Below are positions 35,258 through 45,363 of a stretch of 64,000 bases of DNA, in pieces. The notes under the pieces were generated by a model that had not been told where the DNA came from, did no database searches, and worked only from the letters and a program-made list of their open reading frames with translations. The stretch comes from a virus, in IMG/VR virus record IMGVR_UViG_3300001683_000016, positions 32,001 through 96,000 of that record, one strand, 5' to 3'. A program made the translations under genes and the position numbers. Every line of letters begins with the position of its first letter. Position 1 is the first letter of the stretch.

Positions 35258-37006
35258 ATGGCAGAAGAGCAAGGAAGAATAGGTCGTTTGATATCTGCGT
35301 TAGGTAGTCCTTTCAGAAGTCGTACGACACCCGAACCGCAAATGCCGTTGTATACAACCGGTATTCAAGAACCTGTATTAGCACAAGGAATTACAATTCC
35401 AGCATTGTACGCAGTATCACAAGAGAATTTAATTTTACGTACCGTGATATCTAAATTAAGTCAAGAGATATTTAGAAGAGGATATTATTGGGAAAAGAAA
35501 TTCCAACACAAGTGTATAGATTGTGGAGAAGAGTACAAACAAGAAGCAGAAGATTGTAGTTTATGCGGAGGGCAATTAAAACAACCCGATGTACAACAAC
35601 TACTCTACCCTAAATGGTTATTAGAACAGCAAAATTCAATGGAACAAGATTTCATGCACGTTCTACAAGAAATAGAAAGAGACTTAGAGGTGGTTGATGA
35701 TGCATTTTTAATTTGTATAAAAGAATACTTTGTAGACCCTGAAGATTCTGATATCAAGTTTTATAGAGTAAAAGAGGTAATTAGAGGTGACCCCATATTT
35801 ATGAGAATAATTTCTGATAAGCGCGGTGTACGCGGTGGGCGATACAAGGTATGCCCTTTACATCGAGACCAAATTTCTTATCCCGGTCAAGACGATAAGT
35901 GCGAAGTTTGTGGTAATAATATGCAAGAAGCACATTATGCTAATATGGCTGGAAGTGGTAAAACACAATATTACCTTGAAGGTGAAGTAATACATCTTAG
36001 TAAATATAATCCATCTAAATTGTACGGTAGAAGTCCAGTAAACACAATGTGGAGACAAGCAATGACTCTCACTGCGATGGATAATTACATGTATACATCG
36101 TATCAGAAGAGAAGAAGTCCTAAGGGGATTATTTCTGTTACTACTGATAATCTTGAATCAATGAAGTCCTTTTGGAAAGGTGTTGATGAGAAGATGGAAA
36201 GAGACCCACACTACATACCTAAAGTTGGTATTGAATCTGCTACAGGTAGAGGTGGTGTGAATTGGGTCAAGTTCATGGACACTTTAGAAGAAATGCAATA
36301 TATACCTGTGAGAGATGAATTAAGAAATAGAATTGCGGCTTTCTATGGTGTTAGTAGTATTTTTATGATTGATAGCGGAAAGAGTGGTGGGCTAAACAAC
36401 GAAGGTATGCAGATTCTTGTAACTAATCGTGCTGTCGAGTTTGGTCAGAAAGTATATACACAAGTATTATTCCCTAGAATGTTAAAGCAAATGGAAGTAA
36501 CAGATTGGAAATTAACTCTTTATCCAAATGAAGAAGAGGATGAAATTACACGACTACGAAGAGATGAGATGGAAGTAAATCTTGCTCAAAGAATGATGAT
36601 GCTTGGATATAAGCCTGAATTAATGGAACAGGGAGATAGGGATATTAGATTCACATACCGTCAAATGAATCAAGAGCAAGACGGTGCACCTCCAATGCCT
36701 CCGGGTATGCAACCACCACAAGGAATGTCACCCGGAAGCGGCGGTCCTATGGCTGCTGGTGGCGCTATGGGTCAACAAATGGGTGCACAACCGCCGGGAT
36801 TATTGGCTAATGCTATGCCCCCATCTCAGCCGGGTGGAGAAGGTATGGGAATTAGAACCCCTAGAGGACCAGCCTCTCCGCAGAATAGAACAAGTGGAGG
36901 TATGGGTTCTCCTATGAGTAGTGTTCAGCAACGTGGACCAAAAAATTCCGTTGGACAAGATAATTCTCGCGCTTTAATGAACTCTAGACGGATAAAGGGC
37001 GCATAA
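35258..37006 (+). CDS. Portal protein (with two Zn-ribbon insertions)
   Basis: Position after TerL; EVIH...LYGRSP, RIAAFYGVS; CIDC/CSLC and CPLH/CEVC. Confidence 0.88.
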   Translation: MAEEQGRIGRLISALGSPFRSRTTPEPQMPLYTTGIQEPVLAQGITIPALYAVSQENLILRTVISKLSQEIFRRGYYWEKKFQHKCIDCGEEYKQEAEDCSLCGGQLKQPDVQQLLYPKWLLEQQNSMEQDFMHVLQEIERDLEVVDDAFLICIKEYFVDPEDSDIKFYRVKEVIRGDPIFMRIISDKRGVRGGRYKVCPLHRDQISYPGQDDKCEVCGNNMQEAHYANMAGSGKTQYYLEGEVIHLSKYNPSKLYGRSPVNTMWRQAMTLTAMDNYMYTSYQKRRSPKGIISVTTDNLESMKSFWKGVDEKMERDPHYIPKVGIESATGRGGVNWVKFMDTLEEMQYIPVRDELRNRIAAFYGVSSIFMIDSGKSGGLNNEGMQILVTNRAVEFGQKVYTQVLFPRMLKQMEVTDWKLTLYPNEEEDEITRLRRDEMEVNLAQRMMMLGYKPELMEQGDRDIRFTYRQMNQEQDGAPPMPPGMQPPQGMSPGSGGPMAAGGAMGQQMGAQPPGLLANAMPPSQPGGEGMGIRTPRGPASPQNRTSGGMGSPMSSVQQRGPKNSVGQDNSRALMNSRRIKGA

Positions 37007-37037
37007 TTAAAGTAGCATCGCATGTACGCAAAAGGCA

Positions 37038-37409
37038 GTGAATACCATGGACTTATTAAAAATGCACCCAATGGCTAGAAAAATGACCGCCCATAATGAG
37101 GCTTTTGCAAAGGCCATTGAAGACGGAAACGCTAACGATGCACGCCAACACCTTAATGAAATTTTGAAGTACGCTGCTAACTTAGAAACGGATTTAGATT
37201 TCGTTGTTACAAAATCAGAAACTGAAGTAGTAACTCCTGAAAGTGGTTGGGAACACAGAAGTCCTGTATTGAAGTTCAATAAAACGGGTTCAAACTTTGA
37301 CCCTTCAATGAGAGATAGACAATTAAAAGGTACAATAATTTCTGCAAGAACTAATACAACAATGCGACCGGCAAGAGGAACTTTTGGTCGCTATTCGCCG
37401 GGTAAATAA
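37038..37409 (+). CDS. Head-module hypothetical protein
   Basis: ORF track; MDLLK|M, FVVTK|S. Confidence 0.7.
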   Translation: MNTMDLLKMHPMARKMTAHNEAFAKAIEDGNANDARQHLNEILKYAANLETDLDFVVTKSETEVVTPESGWEHRSPVLKFNKTGSNFDPSMRDRQLKGTIISARTNTTMRPARGTFGRYSPGK

Positions 37410-37424
37410 AATTGAGGCCATAAT

Positions 37425-37775
37425 ATGACAGAAGCAGATGTTACAGAACGTTTGATGAACGCTCTTATTTCTAAAATGGAAACTATGGATAGAGATATTC
37501 AATCAGTACGTGCAGAAAACTCTGTATTAAGAGAAGCATTTGATAACCCACAATTAATTTTAAGAAAAGCAGGTTATATGCCATATAATACACCTATGAC
37601 AGAAAATGTAAGTGCTGATGTTTTTAGGTCTGATATGGATACTGTATCAGGAAATGTAATGAAACAAGATGAGGGGAATCCTGATAAATATTCTAATGAA
37701 CAAATTCACGAAATGAGTTGGGACGATATACATGATATGGCTGAACAACATAGAGAAGTAAAGGAGATGTACTAA
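37425..37775 (+). CDS. Putative minor scaffold protein
   Basis: N-terminal coiled coil; C-terminal MSWDDIHDMA matches the protease-scaffold C-terminus MSWDEVHNLA. Confidence 0.6.
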   Translation: MTEADVTERLMNALISKMETMDRDIQSVRAENSVLREAFDNPQLILRKAGYMPYNTPMTENVSADVFRSDMDTVSGNVMKQDEGNPDKYSNEQIHEMSWDDIHDMAEQHREVKEMY

Positions 37776-37776
37776 A

Positions 37777-38169
37777 ATGGTAAGACCGAGATATGAAGAA
37801 GCCTCAACAGAAGCATATGAAATGCTAAAGAAAGCCCACAGTCTAGCGGATAGATTAGAAACTCTTGAAAAAGATTCTGCAAAGCCAATGTGTTCGTGTG
37901 GTAGTGGAAGGGCGCAGAATATCTGTCCGTGTGGTGGTAATGTAGCGAAAGGCGACCATCATTATGAAACTACATTTTCTACAGAGCCTGCTGGGGTAGA
38001 GTTCCACGCAGAAAGTGGCGGCCAAACTCGTAATGCTTTCTATAACACAAATCAAAGTCTTTTAGATTCCACAGATGTAGCAAATAAAGGTGCAACGAGT
38101 GAAAGTGTAAATCTAGATACTCTCCCACTTAACACACAGGATACAGTAAATCGTCTCGTCGAGGGATGA
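37777..38169 (+). CDS. Head-module hypothetical protein
   Basis: ORF track; CSCG...CPCG. Confidence 0.65.
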   Translation: MVRPRYEEASTEAYEMLKKAHSLADRLETLEKDSAKPMCSCGSGRAQNICPCGGNVAKGDHHYETTFSTEPAGVEFHAESGGQTRNAFYNTNQSLLDSTDVANKGATSESVNLDTLPLNTQDTVNRLVEG

Positions 38170-38171
38170 GA

Positions 38172-38318
38172 TTGAGTAAAGTGTACGTCAAAAAAGGCGT
38201 AGCACAAATGGAACCCTGCAAGATGTGTGGAGCAACTGCGTATGAAGGTTGTAAACAAGCAAAAGGGCTTTCCTTAGGCGAATGTCCATATTACCAAAGG
38301 TACAATACCGGAGGTTGA
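38172..38318 (+). CDS. Small Cys4 protein (48 aa, TTG start; not in ORF track)
   Basis: MSKVYVKKGVAQMEPCKMCGATAYEGC...CPYY...GG*; fills the gap. Confidence 0.55.
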   Translation: MSKVYVKKGVAQMEPCKMCGATAYEGCKQAKGLSLGECPYYQRYNTGG

Positions 38319-38329
38319 GAGGGGATGTT

Positions 38330-41300
38330 ATGGAAGAAGATGCCGCAGAAGTATACATCAGACACCGTACTGAATTGCTAAAAGCAATTTTTGATAATAC
38401 TAATCCTGAACAAGAAGTCGGTGATTACTTACTTTCTAAAATAAATCTAGAAAATCATGACATAACTTATGATAAGATAGGGTTAGATTTAGTCTGTGAC
38501 TCTTATAGCAACTATGTCTTGACTAAAGCAAAGGAAAAGAAAGATGAGTTTGGTACTTTACACGGTCATAGACCTGCTATGGAGAAAGTGTATGGTAGTA
38601 ATCATGAATGGAAAAATAGAGTAAAGCGTGCATGGAACGAAAGCGATAATAAGAAATATAATTACAAACTACATTCTCCACAAAAAGATGGTGAAGATTA
38701 TCTAAGTTACCACGAAAGAAATTTAATTCCTGACACAATGAAACATTCTTTATGGCCTGAAATGAACTCTCATACAATTGAGTTTGACCATAAGGATGAA
38801 ACAAATGAGGCCATATTAAGGCCAGCAGAACATTATAAAGACGCTAATCCATTTAGTGAAAAGCACCACCCTATGCGTAGAAGAAAAGTAGATACCGGTA
38901 TGCCTGAGTGGGAAAGCACATTACGAAATTATTATCTTTCTGATTTTGGATGGGCGAAGAAAGGTAAAGATATAGAAAATGCACACAAGTCTTTCCATAC
39001 TAATAAAGATAAAACAGGCGTACAGGATATTCGAGAGTTAGTTAAAGTCGGAGAGGCTATTAAGGATAAAACTGGAATAGCAACTGGTAAGAAAGAAGAT
39101 GAGTATAGAACTGTGAAAAACCTAAAACACGGTATATATCATGGTATAAATAAAGGTACTGAAAGTCACAAAATGTCTTTCTTAGGTGGTAACGATGGTC
39201 ATGAAGGTAGTATGAATCATCAAGATGATATAAGAATTAGAGATTTTGAAAGATGGAAAAAAGATTACCCCGAACGTGTAAAACAATTAGAAGAAGATGA
39301 CAAGGATTTAGAAGAGGCTCATTTTAATGATAGAATGAGAAAGTTAGATAGTAATGATATTTTTGAAGAGAAAATAAATCCTAAGACTAGTACTAACGTT
39401 TATGAAAATATAGACAGACGTGGTAAATCTACGTTAGATGATGTAAAAACTGTACCTCATGGACACGGAATGGGTTGGGATACATGGAATCATGGTTTAG
39501 AGTTCTTGAATCCAAAAGAAAGAAGTTTAGTCATGGGGCATATAAACGAACACGGTACCGATGACCCAGCACATCAATCAGTTACTTTACCTGATGGTCA
39601 AAGAATACACATGCATCGAATAAAAGCAAATCTGCAAATGAGGAATAATGCAGAAGTAGACCATTGGACTAGAAGTCAAATGCACGCTGGCCCAAATAAG
39701 GCTAAACACATAGAAGCAAATACTGACAATCTAAAAACAGGAACTGAAGGAGTGGTATCTAAGGCATTAAAAGACACATTAATAAAAGATAATTTTCCAT
39801 ATCATGGTGAGCCATACGCAGATATAGAAAGAATGGTAAAAGATAAAAAAACTGGTGAATATAAACCGAAACTTGTAAAGACTAAATTGTTTGATGAAAC
39901 TGCCCATGAAGCGTTAATTAGAAATTTAGAAGAGCATCACGAAGGGGATAAATTACTAGAATACGAAAAAGAGAAATTAACGACTGATGAAGAAAGTGGT
40001 GAGACAACAATAGCGCCCGGAAAAAGTAATTTACCACCATTTGATGCAAGAGATATAGAAGAATATCAAAAAAGCCTTAGTCAAGGTAAAACTATGAAAG
40101 AAGCATTTGGTAAAAAAATACATGCGGGTAGTGATGTAGTTTTAAGTCCTGAAGGATTACACACTTTAGTAGGATATAATAAAAATGATTTAACTATCTC
40201 ACCACATCCAATGTTTAAAGGACAACAAGAACCTTTCTTAGAAAAAAATATAATGAAAGAAGTTCTGAAAAATATAGATAGAAGTACAGGTATTGCTAAT
40301 AAATCTAAAGATATAAGGAATGGAATGGGAACGTTTAGAGCACCGAACGGCCCTAGAAAAGATAATCCTCTTTTAGAAGAAGGAGAAGAAAAAAACTACT
40401 ATGACCATGAAGGTAAACTCAGAACTCTAGCATATCCGTTTTCTCGTCCATTTACTAATCGAGGTGGTGCTGGTAGACCTATTACTACGCTTATGGAAAT
40501 TTTACATGATTTCAAATCAAAAGGTTATGATTTAAATCATAATATGGAGAAAGGAATAAGTACCTTGAAAGCAGGTTCTACATCACCTTTTGGTGTTAAA
40601 GACGCAGACAATGTGATAGATGCAAACCTTTCCACTGTGGGGGCTTACGGTCACCTTCATTCTGATTACTTACCCACAGAACAACAAAATCATTACTCCG
40701 CTTTAGGTATTTTATCAAAAACAGATGCAACTTCACACTCTCAATATTTAACTGGAAGTAAAAAGGGTAAGGGTAGAAACACCAAAACAAACAGTAGTGA
40801 CCATGATTCTACTCGTTCTCCCGGTTTAGCACCTTTGTTAGAATATGGTGTGGATAAAAAATATAATACTTCACTTACTAAATATTTGACCGGCAATCTT
40901 ACATCTAACGCTTATACTTCTACAAGTGTTAGAAAACCACCGTCTAAAAAGAGAATTAAATCAATGACTGAAAAGCAAAAAAAACAAATCAACATTCAAG
41001 GTGAATCATCTGTTAGAAATTTAGCAGGTGAAACACATCATCGTGCAACAGTAAATGGTAGCACTAGCCCGCCTAATAACCCAGCGCAGAGATTCTTAAA
41101 CTTCAAAGATATAGAAAATAATCCTAATTATTTGAGTACAGGTGATAATATAGATGACGTTATGACTGCATTACCTAGTAGTCGTGTTAAAAATCCTAAA
41201 GACAGTTTACCTGAGGGCTTCTTTGATGAGTTACTATCTATACAAGAAGAAATTGAAAATGCAAAAGACCCTGAGAAAATACAATTTCTAAGAAGTATGC

Positions 41301-43921
41301 TTCGGCCATTACAAGAACAATACGAAACTGCAACAAAGAAACAAAGAGATTATGGTTCACGACAAAGACCTCATAGAGACTTTGGTAATGTGCGAAGAAA
41401 CATGGAACAGGCTCACGGAAGCGATAGAGGCGGGATTGCAGAGATATTTAGAACAGTAATTGCACCTGCAATTCTAAAAAAGAAACCCGACGCATTCCAT
41501 GAAGATAATCCTAAGGCTTTACTAAATATTTTGAGAGGTGTAAAAGATGCGCAAAGACATCTTTATGTTAATGGAGACCACAATGTAAAGATTAGTGCAC
41601 ACACCCACTCATCCGAAGAAGAAGATATGACATCTGATATACATTATAATTTAGCCAAAGGGATGAAACGGAGTGGTAAAGTAACAGATAATGTAATTGA
41701 CCCTAGTAAACATAATGTTAATGATGTCTTAGAAATGTTAGATTTACCAAATGATGATGCACATAAAAAGCACGCACAGAGATACTTAGATACTTTATCC
41801 GGTCCAGTACATGGGTATAGTTTAGGACAACTTGCTACAATGGGATTACAATGGAATCCTAAAAATAAAGAAATGTTCGGAGTAGACGGAAAAGGAGATG
41901 TACACACTCATCTAGATAATACATTAAGAGAGGCTCGTGGAAAATTTCCACCTGCAAGAAAAGATACTGGTAACGTATATCCCGAAGAACATGAGAAAGC
42001 AGGGAAGATTTCTACAACTAAAAACAATGATTACGATAGAGCAGTTACTGAGTTCATAAGTAATAATCCTATATATCAAGGTTTGAACTTTTTACATCAA
42101 AATGCTAGACAAGAACAAAAATTAGATGGTTATGGTTTACAATATCACCAAGCACCTGCTCCTTTAGGTGTAAAAAGTAAACAAACTAACGCTCATAATA
42201 AAAGCAATGAAGGCACTTTACTACACGAAAGTAGACAAGGGCATCGTTCATTAGAGTATCACCATGCTAGAAGAAAAGATATTGCAAGTAATATACTGTC
42301 ATTTGATACTAGTCCCGATATTGATTTGAAATCTAAAGTTGAACCTAAAACAATTCACAGCATTGGTTGGGGTAATGAGCAAGTAAAACCACTTAGAAGT
42401 CATGAGGGTGCAACTCCAACCGACCAGTTCACCAGCGGTCTAATGGATTGGGGTTGGGGCGGAAAAGCAGAAATTGGTACAGAACACGATTTTGACGGTA
42501 ACTCTGTTGTAGGCACTAATATGGGTGAAGAGAACTTCCCTTCTGTGCCTTTTAGTTATCTAGAGTTTTTACTTCGAGATTCACATTCGCCTGAAAATAT
42601 ACAATCTATGTTAACTAATGCAGAACCCTTTACTCAATATCCCGCACAAATGCAGCAAAACGCCTATGGTGAAACACCAAGTGATGATTATCAAAGGGTA
42701 GCCACTAGTTTCGATAAGATACCTTATAGTAATTTATTGAAGAATCTTCCAAAAGAAATACCACTAATAGAGCCACTACATAGAATCTTTGAACTTAAAG
42801 ACATGTCTGAATTAAGAGGCTTTACTGGTGAATGGGTTGTGTCTATTCACAAAGATGGTACAAGATGTAAAGTTAGTAAAAAGAACGGTAGAATAGCAAT
42901 AGAAGACGAAAATGGCGTGGAGCAATCTTGTAGTGATGAATTAAGAGATTCATTCAAAGCGGCGTGTAAGAAAAATTATGTTGTTGACGGAATAATGGAT
43001 GATGGTGATTTCTATATTAATGATATTTTGTCATATGATAAGGATGAAGTTACTGAACTAACTACAAGAGAGCGTATTAAAATCTTAAGAGGGCAGTTTG
43101 AGAGTTACCACCCTGTATTCATACCTAGCCCATCCGATATTAGAATCACAGATGAGGTTGGATTAGAAGGTGCGGTAAAAGAATTAGGCAAAGATTCTGA
43201 TAAGTTATTACTCCGTGATGCAAAGTCTACTTACATGAAAGGAGAAGAAAAGCATCCAAAGTGGGTATTACTTGCTAAATCTGATATTTTATACCATGTA
43301 CCTTTTACTATGGAAATTGATGATAGTCACTTTATCATCAGATTACCCGAAGATGTTGTGAAATACGATATTGTAGATGAGAAGGCCGTGAACCCTGTAG
43401 CCGCTATCGGTGAAATAACCAATTCGGATTACTCTATACGGTTAGCAAAAAGCCTTGAGTCTTATTGGCAAGACGGTTTAATTGAATTGTTAAAAGAAGA
43501 AACGCAAATTGAAATACAAGAGAAGGTAGGGGAAGAGACACAGATTGAACCTGAGTTAAACGAAGAAGAGATAGAAGAAGAAAGTGCTGGAATCTTAAAG
43601 CCTAAGAAAGATAGAAACTTGATTATGAAGCCAAATGATATGGCGAAGGCCCTATTACTGATTGAAAGAGCCTTAGATAAAATGCAAAAAGGCCATAGTA
43701 ATATGGCTGGAAGAGGATTAGGAATAGACGTTGGGGGTGGTGTTGAAAGTCCTCGTGGACCTACATCTCTTACAGCAGAACAGTCTTTACCTGATTGGGA
43801 TATGAAGAAGCGCCCTACTGAGGACTTGGAGAAACCTGAAGATTATCCGGGTAGAAAACAGAAAAAGAAGCAAAATGCTATGCAGTCTAGCGTTTTTAAT
43901 GAAAGAAGCCTTGATGAGTAG
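38330..43921 (+). CDS. Very large head-module protein with a degenerate ATP-dependent ligase-like domain near the C-terminus
   Basis: Start probably MEEDAA; EWVVSIHKDGTR, YVVDG, FYINDIL, RERIKIL, LLLRDAKSTY..G...KWVLLAK. Confidence 0.75.
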   Translation: MEEDAAEVYIRHRTELLKAIFDNTNPEQEVGDYLLSKINLENHDITYDKIGLDLVCDSYSNYVLTKAKEKKDEFGTLHGHRPAMEKVYGSNHEWKNRVKRAWNESDNKKYNYKLHSPQKDGEDYLSYHERNLIPDTMKHSLWPEMNSHTIEFDHKDETNEAILRPAEHYKDANPFSEKHHPMRRRKVDTGMPEWESTLRNYYLSDFGWAKKGKDIENAHKSFHTNKDKTGVQDIRELVKVGEAIKDKTGIATGKKEDEYRTVKNLKHGIYHGINKGTESHKMSFLGGNDGHEGSMNHQDDIRIRDFERWKKDYPERVKQLEEDDKDLEEAHFNDRMRKLDSNDIFEEKINPKTSTNVYENIDRRGKSTLDDVKTVPHGHGMGWDTWNHGLEFLNPKERSLVMGHINEHGTDDPAHQSVTLPDGQRIHMHRIKANLQMRNNAEVDHWTRSQMHAGPNKAKHIEANTDNLKTGTEGVVSKALKDTLIKDNFPYHGEPYADIERMVKDKKTGEYKPKLVKTKLFDETAHEALIRNLEEHHEGDKLLEYEKEKLTTDEESGETTIAPGKSNLPPFDARDIEEYQKSLSQGKTMKEAFGKKIHAGSDVVLSPEGLHTLVGYNKNDLTISPHPMFKGQQEPFLEKNIMKEVLKNIDRSTGIANKSKDIRNGMGTFRAPNGPRKDNPLLEEGEEKNYYDHEGKLRTLAYPFSRPFTNRGGAGRPITTLMEILHDFKSKGYDLNHNMEKGISTLKAGSTSPFGVKDADNVIDANLSTVGAYGHLHSDYLPTEQQNHYSALGILSKTDATSHSQYLTGSKKGKGRNTKTNSSDHDSTRSPGLAPLLEYGVDKKYNTSLTKYLTGNLTSNAYTSTSVRKPPSKKRIKSMTEKQKKQINIQGESSVRNLAGETHHRATVNGSTSPPNNPAQRFLNFKDIENNPNYLSTGDNIDDVMTALPSSRVKNPKDSLPEGFFDELLSIQEEIENAKDPEKIQFLRSMLRPLQEQYETATKKQRDYGSRQRPHRDFGNVRRNMEQAHGSDRGGIAEIFRTVIAPAILKKKPDAFHEDNPKALLNILRGVKDAQRHLYVNGDHNVKISAHTHSSEEEDMTSDIHYNLAKGMKRSGKVTDNVIDPSKHNVNDVLEMLDLPNDDAHKKHAQRYLDTLSGPVHGYSLGQLATMGLQWNPKNKEMFGVDGKGDVHTHLDNTLREARGKFPPARKDTGNVYPEEHEKAGKISTTKNNDYDRAVTEFISNNPIYQGLNFLHQNARQEQKLDGYGLQYHQAPAPLGVKSKQTNAHNKSNEGTLLHESRQGHRSLEYHHARRKDIASNILSFDTSPDIDLKSKVEPKTIHSIGWGNEQVKPLRSHEGATPTDQFTSGLMDWGWGGKAEIGTEHDFDGNSVVGTNMGEENFPSVPFSYLEFLLRDSHSPENIQSMLTNAEPFTQYPAQMQQNAYGETPSDDYQRVATSFDKIPYSNLLKNLPKEIPLIEPLHRIFELKDMSELRGFTGEWVVSIHKDGTRCKVSKKNGRIAIEDENGVEQSCSDELRDSFKAACKKNYVVDGIMDDGDFYINDILSYDKDEVTELTTRERIKILRGQFESYHPVFIPSPSDIRITDEVGLEGAVKELGKDSDKLLLRDAKSTYMKGEEKHPKWVLLAKSDILYHVPFTMEIDDSHFIIRLPEDVVKYDIVDEKAVNPVAAIGEITNSDYSIRLAKSLESYWQDGLIELLKEETQIEIQEKVGEETQIEPELNEEEIEEESAGILKPKKDRNLIMKPNDMAKALLLIERALDKMQKGHSNMAGRGLGIDVGGGVESPRGPTSLTAEQSLPDWDMKKRPTEDLEKPEDYPGRKQKKKQNAMQSSVFNERSLDE

Positions 43922-43966
43922 TCCCGTAGCATATATGTAGTAAGGCGTTACGTATGGGGAATTAGT

Positions 43967-45334
43967 GTGCTCGGTAGTCAACAACTATTCAGAAACGGCG
44001 ATAGTCCAATCAGTATCCTCAAGGGTGCTAATGACCTCATCGTTGCTGGTTATGCCAGTGTGGAAGTTGTAGACAAGCAAGGCGACGTAATAACAAAGGA
44101 GGCATTGAAACAAGCATTTCGGAAATTCATGGAAAATCCGTCATACAGAAACGTTCAATTGGCTCACAGTAATATACAAATTGGAGACGTTGTACCGAAT
44201 TATACAGATAATGAAGGGAGGTTGTGGAAAAGCGAAGTCGATGATGTCGGAATGTTTGTAGTTGTAAAATTACGAGACGACATCGAGAAAGCAAAAGAGG
44301 TTTCAGCAGAAATCAGAAAAGGCGTTCTCAGAGGATTCAGTATCGGTGGTCAAGCGTTTAAGAGAGTCAGAAAATCAGACCCAAAACGAGGAGATTACCA
44401 AGAAATAAGTAAACTGGAACTACACGAAATAACGATTTGTGAAAAAGGCATCAATCCCGAAGCAACATTTAGCATATTAAAAGAAGATAATAACACGGAA
44501 GTGAATAAAATGACAGAAACAGAAAATGATAATGAAATGATGAAACAACTTGGTAGCGTACTTTCACGTTTAGAAGGTCGGCTTGATGACATGGAGAAGG
44601 GCGAAAAACCTGCTTTCCTTGAAGAGAAGAAAGACGATAAGAAAGATGACAAGAAGAAAGAAGAAGTAGCGGCAGTAGAGGAAGTAGAGGAAGTAGAAAA
44701 GTCAGAATACTCTGACGTAATTTCATCCGATTACCTAAACTGGATGGAAGATACTCTAAAGAGTGGCGGTGTTGATACTGTCAGCGCACGTACACACTTC
44801 GACGACTTAGAGAAAGCCAACCTAGGCTCTACACCTGAAGAAATTCAGGCTAACCATAAAGGTTTAACTGGTCAAGCACCGGGTAGAACGCAAGAAGGTG
44901 GAAACCCATCAACCGGTGCTATTGCAGCAACCACAGGTGGAGGAGTGAAGAAATCAGATTTCATTAACCCAGCATCACTTACAGACTCAGATATTGAGTC
45001 TGCATATGAAGTATACAAAGCGGCGGCTCTTGAAGAAGAGTTCCGTGGCTCTCTAGAAAATAATTTCGCATCTCGATACGCTTCAGAGCGTACAACAGAA
45101 GTTGCAAAGGCAGAAGCAGCAGCATATGATGCACGCGGACCTCTAGATGAGATAAACAAGGCAATCAGTGCACTTTCAGAGCGCATTGAAACAATCACTA
45201 CTCCAGCAGAAACTGGAGAAGAAATCGCAAAATCAGATGCTGATGCACCAACACTAACAGTTCCTTCAACAGAAGATTTAGCAAAAATGTCATGGGATGA
45301 AGTTCATAACTTGGCATCTAAGGCTTTTGAGTGA
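43967..45334 (+). CDS. Prohead protease (HK97-type) fused to scaffold
   Basis: VAGYAS..VVDKQGDVI, LAHS, GFSIGG, LHEITIC..GINPEATF; acidic coiled-coil C-terminal half; directly upstream of MCP. Confidence 0.9.
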   Translation: MLGSQQLFRNGDSPISILKGANDLIVAGYASVEVVDKQGDVITKEALKQAFRKFMENPSYRNVQLAHSNIQIGDVVPNYTDNEGRLWKSEVDDVGMFVVVKLRDDIEKAKEVSAEIRKGVLRGFSIGGQAFKRVRKSDPKRGDYQEISKLELHEITICEKGINPEATFSILKEDNNTEVNKMTETENDNEMMKQLGSVLSRLEGRLDDMEKGEKPAFLEEKKDDKKDDKKKEEVAAVEEVEEVEKSEYSDVISSDYLNWMEDTLKSGGVDTVSARTHFDDLEKANLGSTPEEIQANHKGLTGQAPGRTQEGGNPSTGAIAATTGGGVKKSDFINPASLTDSDIESAYEVYKAAALEEEFRGSLENNFASRYASERTTEVAKAEAAAYDARGPLDEINKAISALSERIETITTPAETGEEIAKSDADAPTLTVPSTEDLAKMSWDEVHNLASKAFE

Positions 45335-45363
45335 TATAGAATATAAAATGGAGATGAAATAAA

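Noticed and set aside
42743-43279. Functional ATP-dependent DNA ligase
   Set aside because: Motif I Lys, motif IV EG and motif V KxK are altered and no OB domain is evident; reported as degenerate.
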